Shown here: positions 54,201 to 63,072 of the stretch, in pieces
How the letters are laid out: every line of letters starts with the position of its first letter
How positions within the stretch are numbered: the first letter of the stretch is position 1
Assembly: GCA_033723415.1 (NCBI GenBank)
Contig: JAWVXD010000001.1
Location: forward strand, 224,001 to 288,000
DNA from: Sulfurospirillaceae bacterium
Lineage (GTDB): Bacteria; Campylobacterota; Campylobacteria; Campylobacterales; Sulfurospirillaceae
Reading direction: 5' to 3'
DNA: 64,000 nucleotides
Notes under the pieces: model-generated
Databases searched by the model: none
What the model saw: the letters and a program-made list of their open reading frames with translations, nothing else
Told to the model about the DNA's origin: nothing
Translations under genes and position numbers: made by a program

Positions 54201-54825
54201 TTCGTATTCTTGCATGACCACCAATCATATCTCTTAATATAGAATATAAAGCTCTCTTTTCAACATTGCTATTTGGAATATAATTTGGACAATAATCTCT
54301 TTCAATATCAGATAAATGTTTTACATCTACTTTGACAAATTTTAATAAACCAAATATGGTTTCATTATCAGTCAAAATATCAGGTTGTTTTATTTTTTCT
54401 ACTATAGACAATTGTAAACTATTAAGACTTTCTATCCATTCATCTACATTTTCTTTTCCATTAGCTCTATCACAAAGTTCTTTTAACCCTTGCATAGTTG
54501 AATCAGTGTTGCTAATAGCAAGAATAAGAGAATAGCTTTGACCTGTACTCTGACAAATATCGGCTTGAGTTTTAAAGCTAGACCATAATTTTTTCCATTC
54601 TTCTGATGAGGCCTTTAAGCTTTCTTTAGCTTGAATATACTCTTTTTTTCCATTGGAATAAGTTACTACTACATCATCGACTGCTTCTGGTGCTTCAACT
54701 CGGACACTTTCTACAGTTTCTTCACTTGTTCTTGATGAGTCAACCAATTTTCCTAAATATAAAGCTGCAATTGAATTTTGATAATATATTCCTGATTGTG
54801 TTGTTGGTCCACCTGATTCTGCCAT
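51295..54825 (-). CDS. Cap4-like PD-(D/E)xK nuclease + NACHT/STAND NTPase + helical C-terminal domain; candidate anti-phage sensor-effector
   Basis: GG.....GIYYQ, E....VDDVVV......YIQAK; Walker A AGAGLGKTT; Walker B FFDGLDE; IPLFL; FTYPTIQEYLA. Confidence 0.8.
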   Translation of the reverse strand: MAESGGPTTQSGIYYQNSIAALYLGKLVDSSRTSEETVESVRVEAPEAVDDVVVTYSNGKKEYIQAKESLKASSEEWKKLWSSFKTQADICQSTGQSYSLILAISNTDSTMQGLKELCDRANGKENVDEWIESLNSLQLSIVEKIKQPDILTDNETIFGLLKFVKVDVKHLSDIERDYCPNYIPNSNVEKRALYSILRDMIGGHARIRRSFICSQLLEELLVNYKIEVEDSPHWGVSIYKEAIKNEFHLLSVPGTKLCGGIDELFLWPELYENSSSDYQDFEFEDLRSWREIKPKSFFELKDFPNGEISQAVINAGAGLGKTTLLKAISYKLSQDKIKLPAFIPLSTLIESSSVMSHLNTIINDTYYVKIDWSYMCSAGRVSIFFDGLDELSNTERQNVLDKVSKHIARFPKTDFLLTVRDSSILTKSLDVKTLEIRRLADEKIIEFSKSYSQFGAKIDGDKLLEHTKYNTELMHLLRIPLFLSLVIATFKADTNLPTSRTEILEQYLDILFLPEHKPSQGTNNTPYLQEVAEYLAYQGLAQEHIGFNEKDILRYLRSLEYCDKPQEYLENLHKYGILSKVSSRWQFTYPTIQEYLASLYIRDNKEEEIINGFEKIISRPWAQTIQFALESYSKSNEIIKEQMQKDDDAFFTSLRLIARCVVNGAKIDSDTRKYLGELLAEAWTSDSSSIRESIGNLLLDGFVKDLPQKAEEYIINGWALHYGGAKILTAKKDNLLTEKVLIQMLSKDIEHKGYLHDWQEAVDNIAERALDLYLERSLSNNTNEKEISTLHTLISKLDENKIPQSKWESIVKDKAIPSIIRLVVAMKIPSVVDIELKELYVQIKEEWLKFGEDYIHSYEFTGIFWQMHECEFFTLIKEKVLTDKQIESLLHSLFLLKMQGKHIQLLLDLYNSDILTDNIKFKLNLLLSSQEEFTDEIYAVEQLNIQDIENISLWCFLIGNIDREIALKGLKKISSKIFDKKDYMGIFSSLSAGLTYIIEPVLSQLAILDKKHLHSALPEFSNWLIEQSTKYKYNDIEQSKILSYISLISSERIEYDIEALLNKLVSSYVAIEKKNIEKGKEFEWAISSLLYLCEIEKLQLSEDSLMRVILLNEFNLIHYSLSQLVKIADKNTAIKLIDIYNNSSDHNIKGLFLETIEKLSSRLGFRMVDFEGKLTY

Positions 54826-54916
54826 ATTCCTAAGTCCTTTTTATCTTGCTTTAATTGAATATTATCATATTTTATATATGTTTAATAAGTATATTTAATT
54901 TCATGTTAACATTAAT

Positions 54917-55333
54917 TTATAGATAACCATTTGCTAAAAGAGCGTAACAAAAAGCCAAATACAGACACAATGGTGAATAAAAAAGGGTGTCGTATCTTGC
55001 AAACAGAGTATTCGTAATTTTTTTAAGAAAGACTATAGAGCTAAACTCTCCAATACCTAAAATGGAAAATATGGCGGCGATTGCCCATCCCATATATGAG
55101 TAGATTTCATCTTTAAAATTACTCAAGCCAAGTTTGTATGCAACAAAGGCAAAACTCAGTATAGCAAAGAGCACAAGAGCAGAAAGAATTTTTCCAGGCT
55201 TCATGAGACGTTTACCATCTGGTGTTTTCGGCAGTGCTTTGTCTAAGCTTGTACTCCAACCAATCACCCAGTAAAAATGAATTTTGGCAATGAGGAATAA
55301 AATAATGATTACACTTAAAGCCACAAATTCCAT
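54917..55333 (-). CDS. DUF3995-like membrane protein
   Basis: IHFYW..G, FARYDTLFYSPLCL. Confidence 0.7.
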   Translation of the reverse strand: MEFVALSVIIILFLIAKIHFYWVIGWSTSLDKALPKTPDGKRLMKPGKILSALVLFAILSFAFVAYKLGLSNFKDEIYSYMGWAIAAIFSILGIGEFSSIVFLKKITNTLFARYDTLFYSPLCLYLAFCYALLANGYL

Positions 55334-55371
55334 GTTCTCTCCTTATCTGAAGATCATTATAGCGATATTAA

Positions 55372-55659
55372 TTACTCTTTTAGATTTTCAAACTCAGAAG
55401 AAGTCATACTTGGTATAAACTCCTGAATGTCGTAAGTCGCAAGATTTTCTCTGTTAAATGGATCTTTTTTGAGTACGGCTTTTAATTCTTCCAGTGAGTC
55501 CATTTTAGAGAGGATAATACCACCTGTTCTGGGGATCTTTCGCCCTGAAGCGATGAAGTTACCTGCCTTATATTGCTCTGTCAAATAGTTGACATGCTCA
55601 GTCAAATATTTGTCTATTTTTTCAAGTGGTTGGACATACGTTAACGATACAATAAACAT
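55372..55659 (-). CDS. YciI-family protein
   Basis: H..YL......G.FIASG.K.PRTGGII, DPF. Confidence 0.85.
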   Translation of the reverse strand: MFIVSLTYVQPLEKIDKYLTEHVNYLTEQYKAGNFIASGRKIPRTGGIILSKMDSLEELKAVLKKDPFNRENLATYDIQEFIPSMTSSEFENLKE

Positions 55660-55755
55660 GTTTATCCTTTTTATGAAATTATAACAAAATGTGCCAAACT
55701 TTGCTCTTTGTTTTTTTGCATATCTTTGGTAATATACAAATTTTAAAGGAGATTT

Positions 55756-56997
55756 TTGAGTACAGATAAAAGGTTTGATCTTATCGTTATCGGTTCCGGG
55801 GCTGCCGGGATGATGAGTGCCATAGTAGCTTCAAGGCATGGCAACAAGGTGCTACTAGTAGAAAAGCTCTCTAAGATCGGTGCGAAGCTCAAAGCAACAG
55901 GCGGCGGAAGATGCAACCTAACCAATACCTTGTCCAATGAAGACTTTATCGAACGATTTGGCAGGGAAGGACGTTTTATGAGAGATGCCCTTGAGCGCTT
56001 TGATCATAAAGCTCTGATAGACTTTTTTGCCCAGATTGGAGTCACAACTCATGCGCCCGATGGATACCGAGTCTTTCCAACCTCACACCAATCTGCTACG
56101 ATTATAGCTGCACTTGAAGAGGAGATGAACAAATTAGGCATTGAGATCTTATGTTCATGTGAAGCCAAAGAGATACACTTTGAGGCAGGACACATCAAAG
56201 GTATCAGCACGACTTTGGGTGACTTCTTTGCTTCCAATATCATCATCGCTACCGGAGGGCTGGGTTATCCGGTGCTTGGGGCTCATGGAGACGGATACCG
56301 ATTTGCTGAGTCTGTTGGACATCAAATCACAGAATTAAGTCCCGCGATGATGCCATTGAAGGTTCGGGAGGAGTGGGTAGCAAATTGCAGAGCTGATACG
56401 ATCCCTAAAGTGGAGATCAAAGTGGATTTGCCCAAAACAAAAAAACTACGCGCAAAGGGTGATCTTATCTTCACGAAAAACGGTATCAGAGGTCCGGTTG
56501 TGTTGGATTTTGCAAGATATGTGACACCTTTGCTAAAAGATCATGACGCCGTACCGATTTTGTTAAATCTTACAAAAGGGATGCATGAAGAGGAGATTTT
56601 TAATCATCTTAAAACTCAGGCAAAACAAAATCCAGGCCATACGATCTTGGAGCATATCATGACGTTATTGCCGCTTGCGATTTCAAAAGAGTTATGCCTT
56701 CAAGCTGACATCAATGAAACCTGTCAATATTCTGAGATAGAGGGATTTAAAAGAGACAAACTTATTAAACTTCTTGCTTGGACACCACTTAGCATCACAG
56801 GTCATGATGGATTTGAAAAAGCGATGATCACCAGAGGCGGAGTGAGTTTAAAAGAGATCGACCCCAAAACGATGCAAAGCAAGCTTGTAAAAGGTTTGTA
56901 TTTCTGCGGAGAGGTTATGGATTTGGATGGACCATGCGGCGGGTACAATCTGCAGTGGTCATTCTCAAGCGGCTATTTGGCCGGACAATTGAATTGA
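55756..56997 (+). CDS. HI0933/BaiN-family flavoprotein
   Basis: IGSGAAG, TGGGRCNLTN, ATGG..YP, TRGGV, GGYNLQ. Confidence 0.92.
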   Translation: MSTDKRFDLIVIGSGAAGMMSAIVASRHGNKVLLVEKLSKIGAKLKATGGGRCNLTNTLSNEDFIERFGREGRFMRDALERFDHKALIDFFAQIGVTTHAPDGYRVFPTSHQSATIIAALEEEMNKLGIEILCSCEAKEIHFEAGHIKGISTTLGDFFASNIIIATGGLGYPVLGAHGDGYRFAESVGHQITELSPAMMPLKVREEWVANCRADTIPKVEIKVDLPKTKKLRAKGDLIFTKNGIRGPVVLDFARYVTPLLKDHDAVPILLNLTKGMHEEEIFNHLKTQAKQNPGHTILEHIMTLLPLAISKELCLQADINETCQYSEIEGFKRDKLIKLLAWTPLSITGHDGFEKAMITRGGVSLKEIDPKTMQSKLVKGLYFCGEVMDLDGPCGGYNLQWSFSSGYLAGQLN

Positions 56998-57040
56998 ACA
57001 AAAGTTTGTATATCATATTTGATTATAGTATAATTTGATT

Positions 57041-57949
57041 ATGGAAAAAGTAGAAAATATAGAGGATTTTTATAGAAATCAACTCAATTGGATGCCTGAT
57101 GATCTTAAAAACGGTATCGGGCATTTTAATATTTTTAAGATAGATGACTTTAGAAATTCTAAAAACAAACCAATCAATTATAGCAGAAGAGATTACTTCA
57201 AAATAACTCTTCTAAAGGGCAGGGTTCGAATTCATTATGCAGATAAAAGTGTTGAGAGTGATAAGTATGCATTGTTATTCTCAGATCCTTTGATACCATA
57301 TAGCTGGGAACCTTTAGATGGAAAGCAGTCAGGCTCATTTTGTATCTTTACTGAGGCATTCTTTTATAATCATGGTGTACTTAGGGATTACCCTGTTTTT
57401 CAGCCAAATCAAAATAAATTATTTTTACTAAATGATGAAAATCTAGCTGATGTCGAAGCGATCTATGCCAAAATGTTTAAGGAAATATCATCTGATTATA
57501 TCTACAAATACGATGTTTTGAGAAATTTGGCATTTGAGTTGATACATTATGCGCTGAAAATCGAACCAGCATCAGCGATCGTCTCCAAAGAATTAGGACA
57601 ATCCACAAAAATAGCTTCTTTATTTACAGAATTGCTAGAACGACAGTTTCCTATCCAATCGCCATACCAAAGAATCAAAGTGAAGTCACCGAGTGAATTT
57701 GCAAAAAACTTAAATATTCATACCAACCATCTAAACAGAACTCTAAAATATATAACTGGACAGACGACTTCTGAGTTGATCTCAAAGCGAATTTCGCAAG
57801 AAGCAAAGGTCTTACTAAAACATACGGATTGGAGCATAGCAGACATCTCTTTTGCTTTAGGATATGACGAACCTCCACACTTTATAAACTTTTTTAAAAA
57901 AAGATTTGATCAAACTCCTAAAAGATATAGAAATGAACTAAATGTTTGA
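57041..57949 (+). CDS. AraC-family transcriptional regulator
   Basis: C-terminal double HTH (HTNHLNR...IADISFALGY.EP.HF.NFFKK...TP..YR); start likely ATG 57041. Confidence 0.92.
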   Translation: MEKVENIEDFYRNQLNWMPDDLKNGIGHFNIFKIDDFRNSKNKPINYSRRDYFKITLLKGRVRIHYADKSVESDKYALLFSDPLIPYSWEPLDGKQSGSFCIFTEAFFYNHGVLRDYPVFQPNQNKLFLLNDENLADVEAIYAKMFKEISSDYIYKYDVLRNLAFELIHYALKIEPASAIVSKELGQSTKIASLFTELLERQFPIQSPYQRIKVKSPSEFAKNLNIHTNHLNRTLKYITGQTTSELISKRISQEAKVLLKHTDWSIADISFALGYDEPPHFINFFKKRFDQTPKRYRNELNV

Positions 57950-58037
57950 ATTATGTAATTTTTTGATTGATTGAAGCACGTATAAAAAAACTTTTTTCAG
58001 TTATCATTATCGATATAAAATTTTATAGGAGATCATC

Positions 58038-59063
58038 ATGAAATATAACTATTTTGGCAAGAGTGGACTTTTAGTTTCTGAGTTATGCTTTGGTACCATG
58101 ACATTTGGCGGAAGCAGAGGCGGTTTTTGGGAACTTATCGGAAAGGTACAACAAGAAGAAGTCAATAATATAATCAAAATAGCATTTGAGAGCGGGATTA
58201 ATTTTTTTGATACGGCAAATATTTACTCTTTCGGTGAGTCGGAAAATCTTCTAGGACAGGCTATCAAGGACTTAAAGATAAACAGAGATGAATTGGTCAT
58301 AGCATCAAAAGTCAGAGGAAAGATGAGTGATAATCCAAACAGCTCCGGCTTATCTAGATATCATATCTTTAATTCTGTCGATGAAAGTCTGCAGAGATTA
58401 CAGCTAGACCATCTTGATATTTTGTATGTTCACGGAGTAGATGAAAATACTGATGTCGAAGATATAATGCGTTCTTTGAATGATATTGTTATGAGTGGGA
58501 AAGTGAGATATATAGCAGTTTGTAACTGGCCTGCTTGGATGGTGATGAAAGCAAATGCTATCGCATCAGCTAAGGGTTGGCATAAGTTTATTGCGATGCA
58601 ATACTACTACTCTTTGGCAACCAGGGATATTGAGCGCGAGATCATGCCATTGGCACTTGATCAAAAATTAGCAGTATTGCCATGGAGTCCTCTTGCAGGT
58701 GGCTTTTTAAGCGGTAAATACAAACGTCAAAGCGACCAAGAAGGAGATTCAAGAAGAGCAAATTTTGACTTTCCTCCAATAGATAAAGAAAAGACTTTTG
58801 ACATATTGGATATAGTCGGTGACATAGCAGTGAAAAAGGGTGTATCTGTAGCACAGATCGCGCTTGCTTGGGTTAGAGTACAAAATGGAGTCACCAGTAC
58901 TATAATCGGTGCTAAAAAGGCTGAGCAGCTACTAGATAATATTGATTCTTTAGAGATTGTTTTTAGTGATGAAGAACTAAAAAGGCTTGATGAGGCAAGT
59001 GCTCTAAAAGTAGAATATCCTGAGTGGATGATTGAGCGAGGTAAAGAAGCTGATGCTAAATAA
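58038..59063 (+). CDS. Aldo/keto reductase
   Basis: LCFGTMTFG, FDTANIYS.G.SE, SLQRLQLDHLDILYVH, WSPLAGGFL. Confidence 0.93.
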   Translation: MKYNYFGKSGLLVSELCFGTMTFGGSRGGFWELIGKVQQEEVNNIIKIAFESGINFFDTANIYSFGESENLLGQAIKDLKINRDELVIASKVRGKMSDNPNSSGLSRYHIFNSVDESLQRLQLDHLDILYVHGVDENTDVEDIMRSLNDIVMSGKVRYIAVCNWPAWMVMKANAIASAKGWHKFIAMQYYYSLATRDIEREIMPLALDQKLAVLPWSPLAGGFLSGKYKRQSDQEGDSRRANFDFPPIDKEKTFDILDIVGDIAVKKGVSVAQIALAWVRVQNGVTSTIIGAKKAEQLLDNIDSLEIVFSDEELKRLDEASALKVEYPEWMIERGKEADAK

Positions 59064-59090
59064 GGGTAGAGAGAATTTCTCTCCCCTTAT
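59060..59090. terminator. Hairpin between the convergent AKR and yggS genes
   Basis: ATAAGGG-tAGAGAGAA / TTCTCTC-CCCTTAT. Confidence 0.55.
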
Positions 59091-59119
59091 CTATGTGTAT
59101 CATAGTGCTTCAATAAAAT

Positions 59120-59797
59120 TTATCTAAAGAGTACACTTCCGAGCCTAAGCATATTTGCACCACATTCTACTGCTAATTCATAGTCGTTACTCATGCCCAT
59201 AGAACAGTATTTTGCACCTTTTGTGCCTAGCTTTTCAAATATCCCAAAAGTTGTTTCAAAACTTTTTTTTATCAGTGCTTCATCTTCACTGTGTGCCCCG
59301 ATACTCATGACGCCTTTTAGCTTTATATTCGGACAGGTTTCTATAATCTCACTATATATATCGACAGCACGCTCAGGATCGACTCCTGCTTTTTGCTCTT
59401 CATATGCACTATTGATCTGTAGCAAGACATTCATAGTTTTATTTTTTACCTGTAGTCTTTTTTCTATTTCTTTTGCCATTTCTAAAGAGCTGCAAGAGTG
59501 CATGAGAAAGGGGTTTACATCTATCAAAGCGTTTATCTTGTTTGTCTGCAGTCTACCTATAAAGTGCCATTCTATAGGTAAGTTTTCCAATATTTCAGAT
59601 TTATTTTTTAAGTCTTGAACCTTATTCTCTCCAAAAGCTCTTTGTCCTATGCTATACATATCTGAAATCGCCTCTGCATCAACACTTTTGCTGACCGCTA
59701 CTATTTTTATTATTTGGTGTTGATTTACTTTTACTCTAACATTTTCAATATTTGTCAATACTTCATCATACCTTTGTTCTAAAAAGGCTTTACTCAT
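59120..59797 (-). CDS. yggS: PLP homeostasis protein YggS
   Basis: VAVSK, FGENKVQ, WHFIGRLQTNK, SMGMSNDY. Confidence 0.95.
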   Translation of the reverse strand: MSKAFLEQRYDEVLTNIENVRVKVNQHQIIKIVAVSKSVDAEAISDMYSIGQRAFGENKVQDLKNKSEILENLPIEWHFIGRLQTNKINALIDVNPFLMHSCSSLEMAKEIEKRLQVKNKTMNVLLQINSAYEEQKAGVDPERAVDIYSEIIETCPNIKLKGVMSIGAHSEDEALIKKSFETTFGIFEKLGTKGAKYCSMGMSNDYELAVECGANMLRLGSVLFR

Positions 59798-60855
59798 AAT
59801 TTTCCTCCGACTAATCTATATATATCATTAAAAATTGTAAATGACATCAAAGAGAGTAAAATCGCCCAACCAGTTAGTGTAAGGTAATATAAAACTTTTT
59901 CACTTGGTGCTCTTTTTGTTATCATTTCATATATGTTAAAAACAATATGCCCGCCATCTAGTGCAGGGATGGGAAGCAGGTTTAATACTCCAAGATTTAC
60001 AGAGATCAAAGCAGTTAACCCAAAAAGAGCTACTATTCCTATCTTGCTTGCTTCTGCTGTTACTTGAACAATGGAAACGATGCCTCCTAGGTCTTTTGCA
60101 GGGATGATACCCTCAATAAGCTTTTGTAGGCTTGTTACTATCATGGTCGTTGCCATTTTTGTCTGTTCAACTGCATAGGTGATACTTTGATAAAAATTCA
60201 ATCTTAAAGTCAACACTTCTCCGATAGGAGTGATACCTACCATCTTTTTTTGTAGTTTTTCACCAAACATACTTTTATAGCTATGTATCTTAGGTGTTAT
60301 TGAGATTTCTCTTATTTCATTTTTTCTTTTTATTTTAAATAAAAGAGTACCATTGCTATTTTTAATTTTATCACTCAATTCATCCCATGTTTTGATAGGA
60401 TTGTTATTTATAGATAGTACTTTATCCCCATGCATCAATCCGCTGATTTGTGCAGGAGAATTTTTACTTATATTCCCTATGGTAGGAACAAATTTGTTAA
60501 CACCTATATTTCCTATAGCGACATACAATAAAAAAGCTAAAAGAAAATTTGCAAAAGGACCAGCAAACAGTATGAGTATCCTCTGCCATGGCTTTTTTGT
60601 ATTGTAGCTATCTTCGTCATGACTTATTTTGGTTGGATCTGTGTCGTCTTGCCCTTTCATCTGTACATATCCGCCAAGAGGAATCATACTAATTCTGTAC
60701 TCTGTGTCGTTATACATCTTTGAAAATACTTTCTTGCCAAATCCGATACTAAAGACTTCTACGCTGACACCAAAGTATCTAGCCGCAATGAAATGTCCAA
60801 GCTCATGAAAAAATATCAAGAAAGATAAAACAAGTAATGAAGTGATGATACTCAT
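59794..60855 (-). CDS. rseP: RIP metalloprotease RseP
   Basis: HELGH, PDZ, NLLPIPALDGG. Confidence 0.95.
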   Translation of the reverse strand: MSIITSLLVLSFLIFFHELGHFIAARYFGVSVEVFSIGFGKKVFSKMYNDTEYRISMIPLGGYVQMKGQDDTDPTKISHDEDSYNTKKPWQRILILFAGPFANFLLAFLLYVAIGNIGVNKFVPTIGNISKNSPAQISGLMHGDKVLSINNNPIKTWDELSDKIKNSNGTLLFKIKRKNEIREISITPKIHSYKSMFGEKLQKKMVGITPIGEVLTLRLNFYQSITYAVEQTKMATTMIVTSLQKLIEGIIPAKDLGGIVSIVQVTAEASKIGIVALFGLTALISVNLGVLNLLPIPALDGGHIVFNIYEMITKRAPSEKVLYYLTLTGWAILLSLMSFTIFNDIYRLVGGKL

Positions 60856-61400
60856 AAGCTCTTCATCGCCTTTGCATAAGCCATAACGTACTCAAAACCG
60901 GAATATATAGTCAACGCCACTGCAAGCCACAAAAGTGTGTCAGCATATGGCCAAGCCATCATAAGAAAACCTATAGCGATCATCTGCATAACGGTTTTGA
61001 CTTTGCCTGCCATTGAAGCTGAGACATTGAAGCCTTTGCTGGCAGATGCAACTCTTAGACCGGTTATAAAAAATTCTCTTGTAAGGATAAGATAGATCGC
61101 CCAAGGGTTTGCTCTATCTATAAACATAAGACCTAAGAAAGCCGCAAGAACTAGCATCTTGTCAGCTAAAGGATCCAGTATCGCTCCAAGTTCTGTTTTT
61201 TGATTCCAGGTTCGTGCTATAAAGCCATCAAAGAAATCAGTAGTACTTGCGAGTACAAAAAACAATGCCGCAAAATAATCAAGCCATGATGTGTCAATTC
61301 CATCAAATAAAGGGTTGTTTCTATCCACTAAAAACCAGTACATAAGAGGTGCTAGAGCAACTCTGACCAACGCCAAGAAGTTTGGAAGATTAAGCATCAT
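60852..61400 (-). CDS. pgsA: CDP-diacylglycerol--glycerol-3-phosphate 3-phosphatidyltransferase
   Basis: NLPN.L, TDFFDGFIAR, G..LDPLADK. Confidence 0.95.
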   Translation of the reverse strand: MMLNLPNFLALVRVALAPLMYWFLVDRNNPLFDGIDTSWLDYFAALFFVLASTTDFFDGFIARTWNQKTELGAILDPLADKMLVLAAFLGLMFIDRANPWAIYLILTREFFITGLRVASASKGFNVSASMAGKVKTVMQMIAIGFLMMAWPYADTLLWLAVALTIYSGFEYVMAYAKAMKSL

Positions 61401-62179
61401 TGAAACGTAGTTCCGCCGTCAATCAGCAGAGTATGTCCTGTTATCCAAGAAGCTTTGCTTGAACACAAGAAGAGTGCAGCACCAGCCATATCTTCTGGTT
61501 TGCCCATACGATTTAATGGTGATAATTCTGCTGTTTTCTGTTTGACTTCTTCATAGTTTGTAAAAGCTCTGAGTGCATCTGTCTCTATAGGTCCACCGCT
61601 GATCGCATTTACTCTTATGCCTTTTTCACCAAGTTCTGCAGCAGCATATTTGACCATAGTCTCAACAGCAGCTTTTGCGGTTCCATGACCTGCATAATTT
61701 TCAATATGAACAAGATTTCCTGTTGAAGAAAGAGATATAATGCTACCTCCACCAACTTTTTCCATCCTTTTTGCAGCTTCTTGTGCGCCAACTACAAAAG
61801 CGTTGACGGTTGCCGTAAATATGTTATTGATGCCTCTTGGTTTCAGTTTCATGAATTTTGTGTATCCACCGACTACTGCTCTGCCTGATATGATTGCATT
61901 TGATATGAAAAAATCAATTCTATCAAAATCTTGATCGATCTCTAAGAACAAACCTTTATAAGTATCAGGCTCAAGTATATTTAGATGATATGCCTTTGCT
62001 TTGATACCAAATTCATCTTCTAAACTTTTTGCCATATCTTTTGCTAACTCTTCGTTTGAATTATACGTAAAGGCTATATTGACACCATTTGATGCAAATT
62101 CTCTTACAATTGCTTTTCCAATACCTCTTGTCCCGCCACTGATTACAAGAGTCTTTCCATTCATTTCAGATAACTTCAC
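61397..62179 (-). CDS. SDR enoyl-ACP reductase (FabL-like, Campylobacterota type)
   Basis: SGGTRGIG, YAGHGTAK, GGPIETDALRAF; conserved position between dapA and pgsA. Confidence 0.82.
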   Translation of the reverse strand: MKLSEMNGKTLVISGGTRGIGKAIVREFASNGVNIAFTYNSNEELAKDMAKSLEDEFGIKAKAYHLNILEPDTYKGLFLEIDQDFDRIDFFISNAIISGRAVVGGYTKFMKLKPRGINNIFTATVNAFVVGAQEAAKRMEKVGGGSIISLSSTGNLVHIENYAGHGTAKAAVETMVKYAAAELGEKGIRVNAISGGPIETDALRAFTNYEEVKQKTAELSPLNRMGKPEDMAGAALFLCSSKASWITGHTLLIDGGTTFQ

Positions 62180-63072
62180 TAAAATCCTTTTATGTCATAT
62201 TTTTTTATAACGTCTTCTATTTTTTTTAAATTTTCTGTACTAGGCTGCGTTAATGGAAGCCTATATTCTAAAGTATCAATAAGTCCGGCTATGTACATTG
62301 CTGCTTTTATAGGGATAGGATTGCTTTCACAAAAAAGAACCTTATTTATTTCATATAGAGAATCATTTATAGCTTTTGCTCCATGATAATCTCCCTCAAG
62401 CGCCAAGTTTGTCAATTGTGAAATTTGATCAGGTAAAATATTTGATGTTACAGATATAACGCCGCTTCCTCCATTTGACAGAATAGGGTAGTTTATAGCA
62501 TCATCGCCGCTTACTACAGTAAGATTTGGCTCATGGGCTAGCAAATCCACGCATCTTTCAATGGAGCCTGTCGCTTCTTTTACTCCAAATATATTTTCAC
62601 AATCATTAAAAAGTCTAAATATAGTTTCAGGTAGTAGGTCACAGGCAGTGCGTCCGGGTACATTGTATAACATCACTGGTATTTCAATACTCTGTGCAAT
62701 AGCTTTATAATGCTCGTAAAGACCTTCCTGCATAGGTTTATTATAATAAGGAGTTACGGATAAAATACCGTCAGCCCCATGTTTTTGTGCAAATTTTGCA
62801 AGATCTACTGCTTCCCAAGTTGCGTTACTTCCAGCACCAGCAAGAACTTTTGCGTTACTTCCTTTACAAGTATCTACTGCAATCTCGATACATCTTTTAT
62901 GTTCATTATGACTGAGTGTAGCACTCTCTCCTGTTGTTCCTACTGGAACAACAACATTGATACCGTTATTGATCTGTCTAGTAATTAAAGCAGAGTATTT
63001 TTCTTCATCCAGTTGTCCTTTTTTAAATGGCGTTATGATGGCAGTCATAGAACCTTTAAAACTTCTTGTCAT
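62179..63072 (-). CDS. dapA: 4-hydroxy-tetrahydrodipicolinate synthase
   Basis: GTTGES, PYYNKP, YNVPGRT, GVKEATG, NPIPIK. Confidence 0.97.
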   Translation of the reverse strand: MTRSFKGSMTAIITPFKKGQLDEEKYSALITRQINNGINVVVPVGTTGESATLSHNEHKRCIEIAVDTCKGSNAKVLAGAGSNATWEAVDLAKFAQKHGADGILSVTPYYNKPMQEGLYEHYKAIAQSIEIPVMLYNVPGRTACDLLPETIFRLFNDCENIFGVKEATGSIERCVDLLAHEPNLTVVSGDDAINYPILSNGGSGVISVTSNILPDQISQLTNLALEGDYHGAKAINDSLYEINKVLFCESNPIPIKAAMYIAGLIDTLEYRLPLTQPSTENLKKIEDVIKKYDIKGF

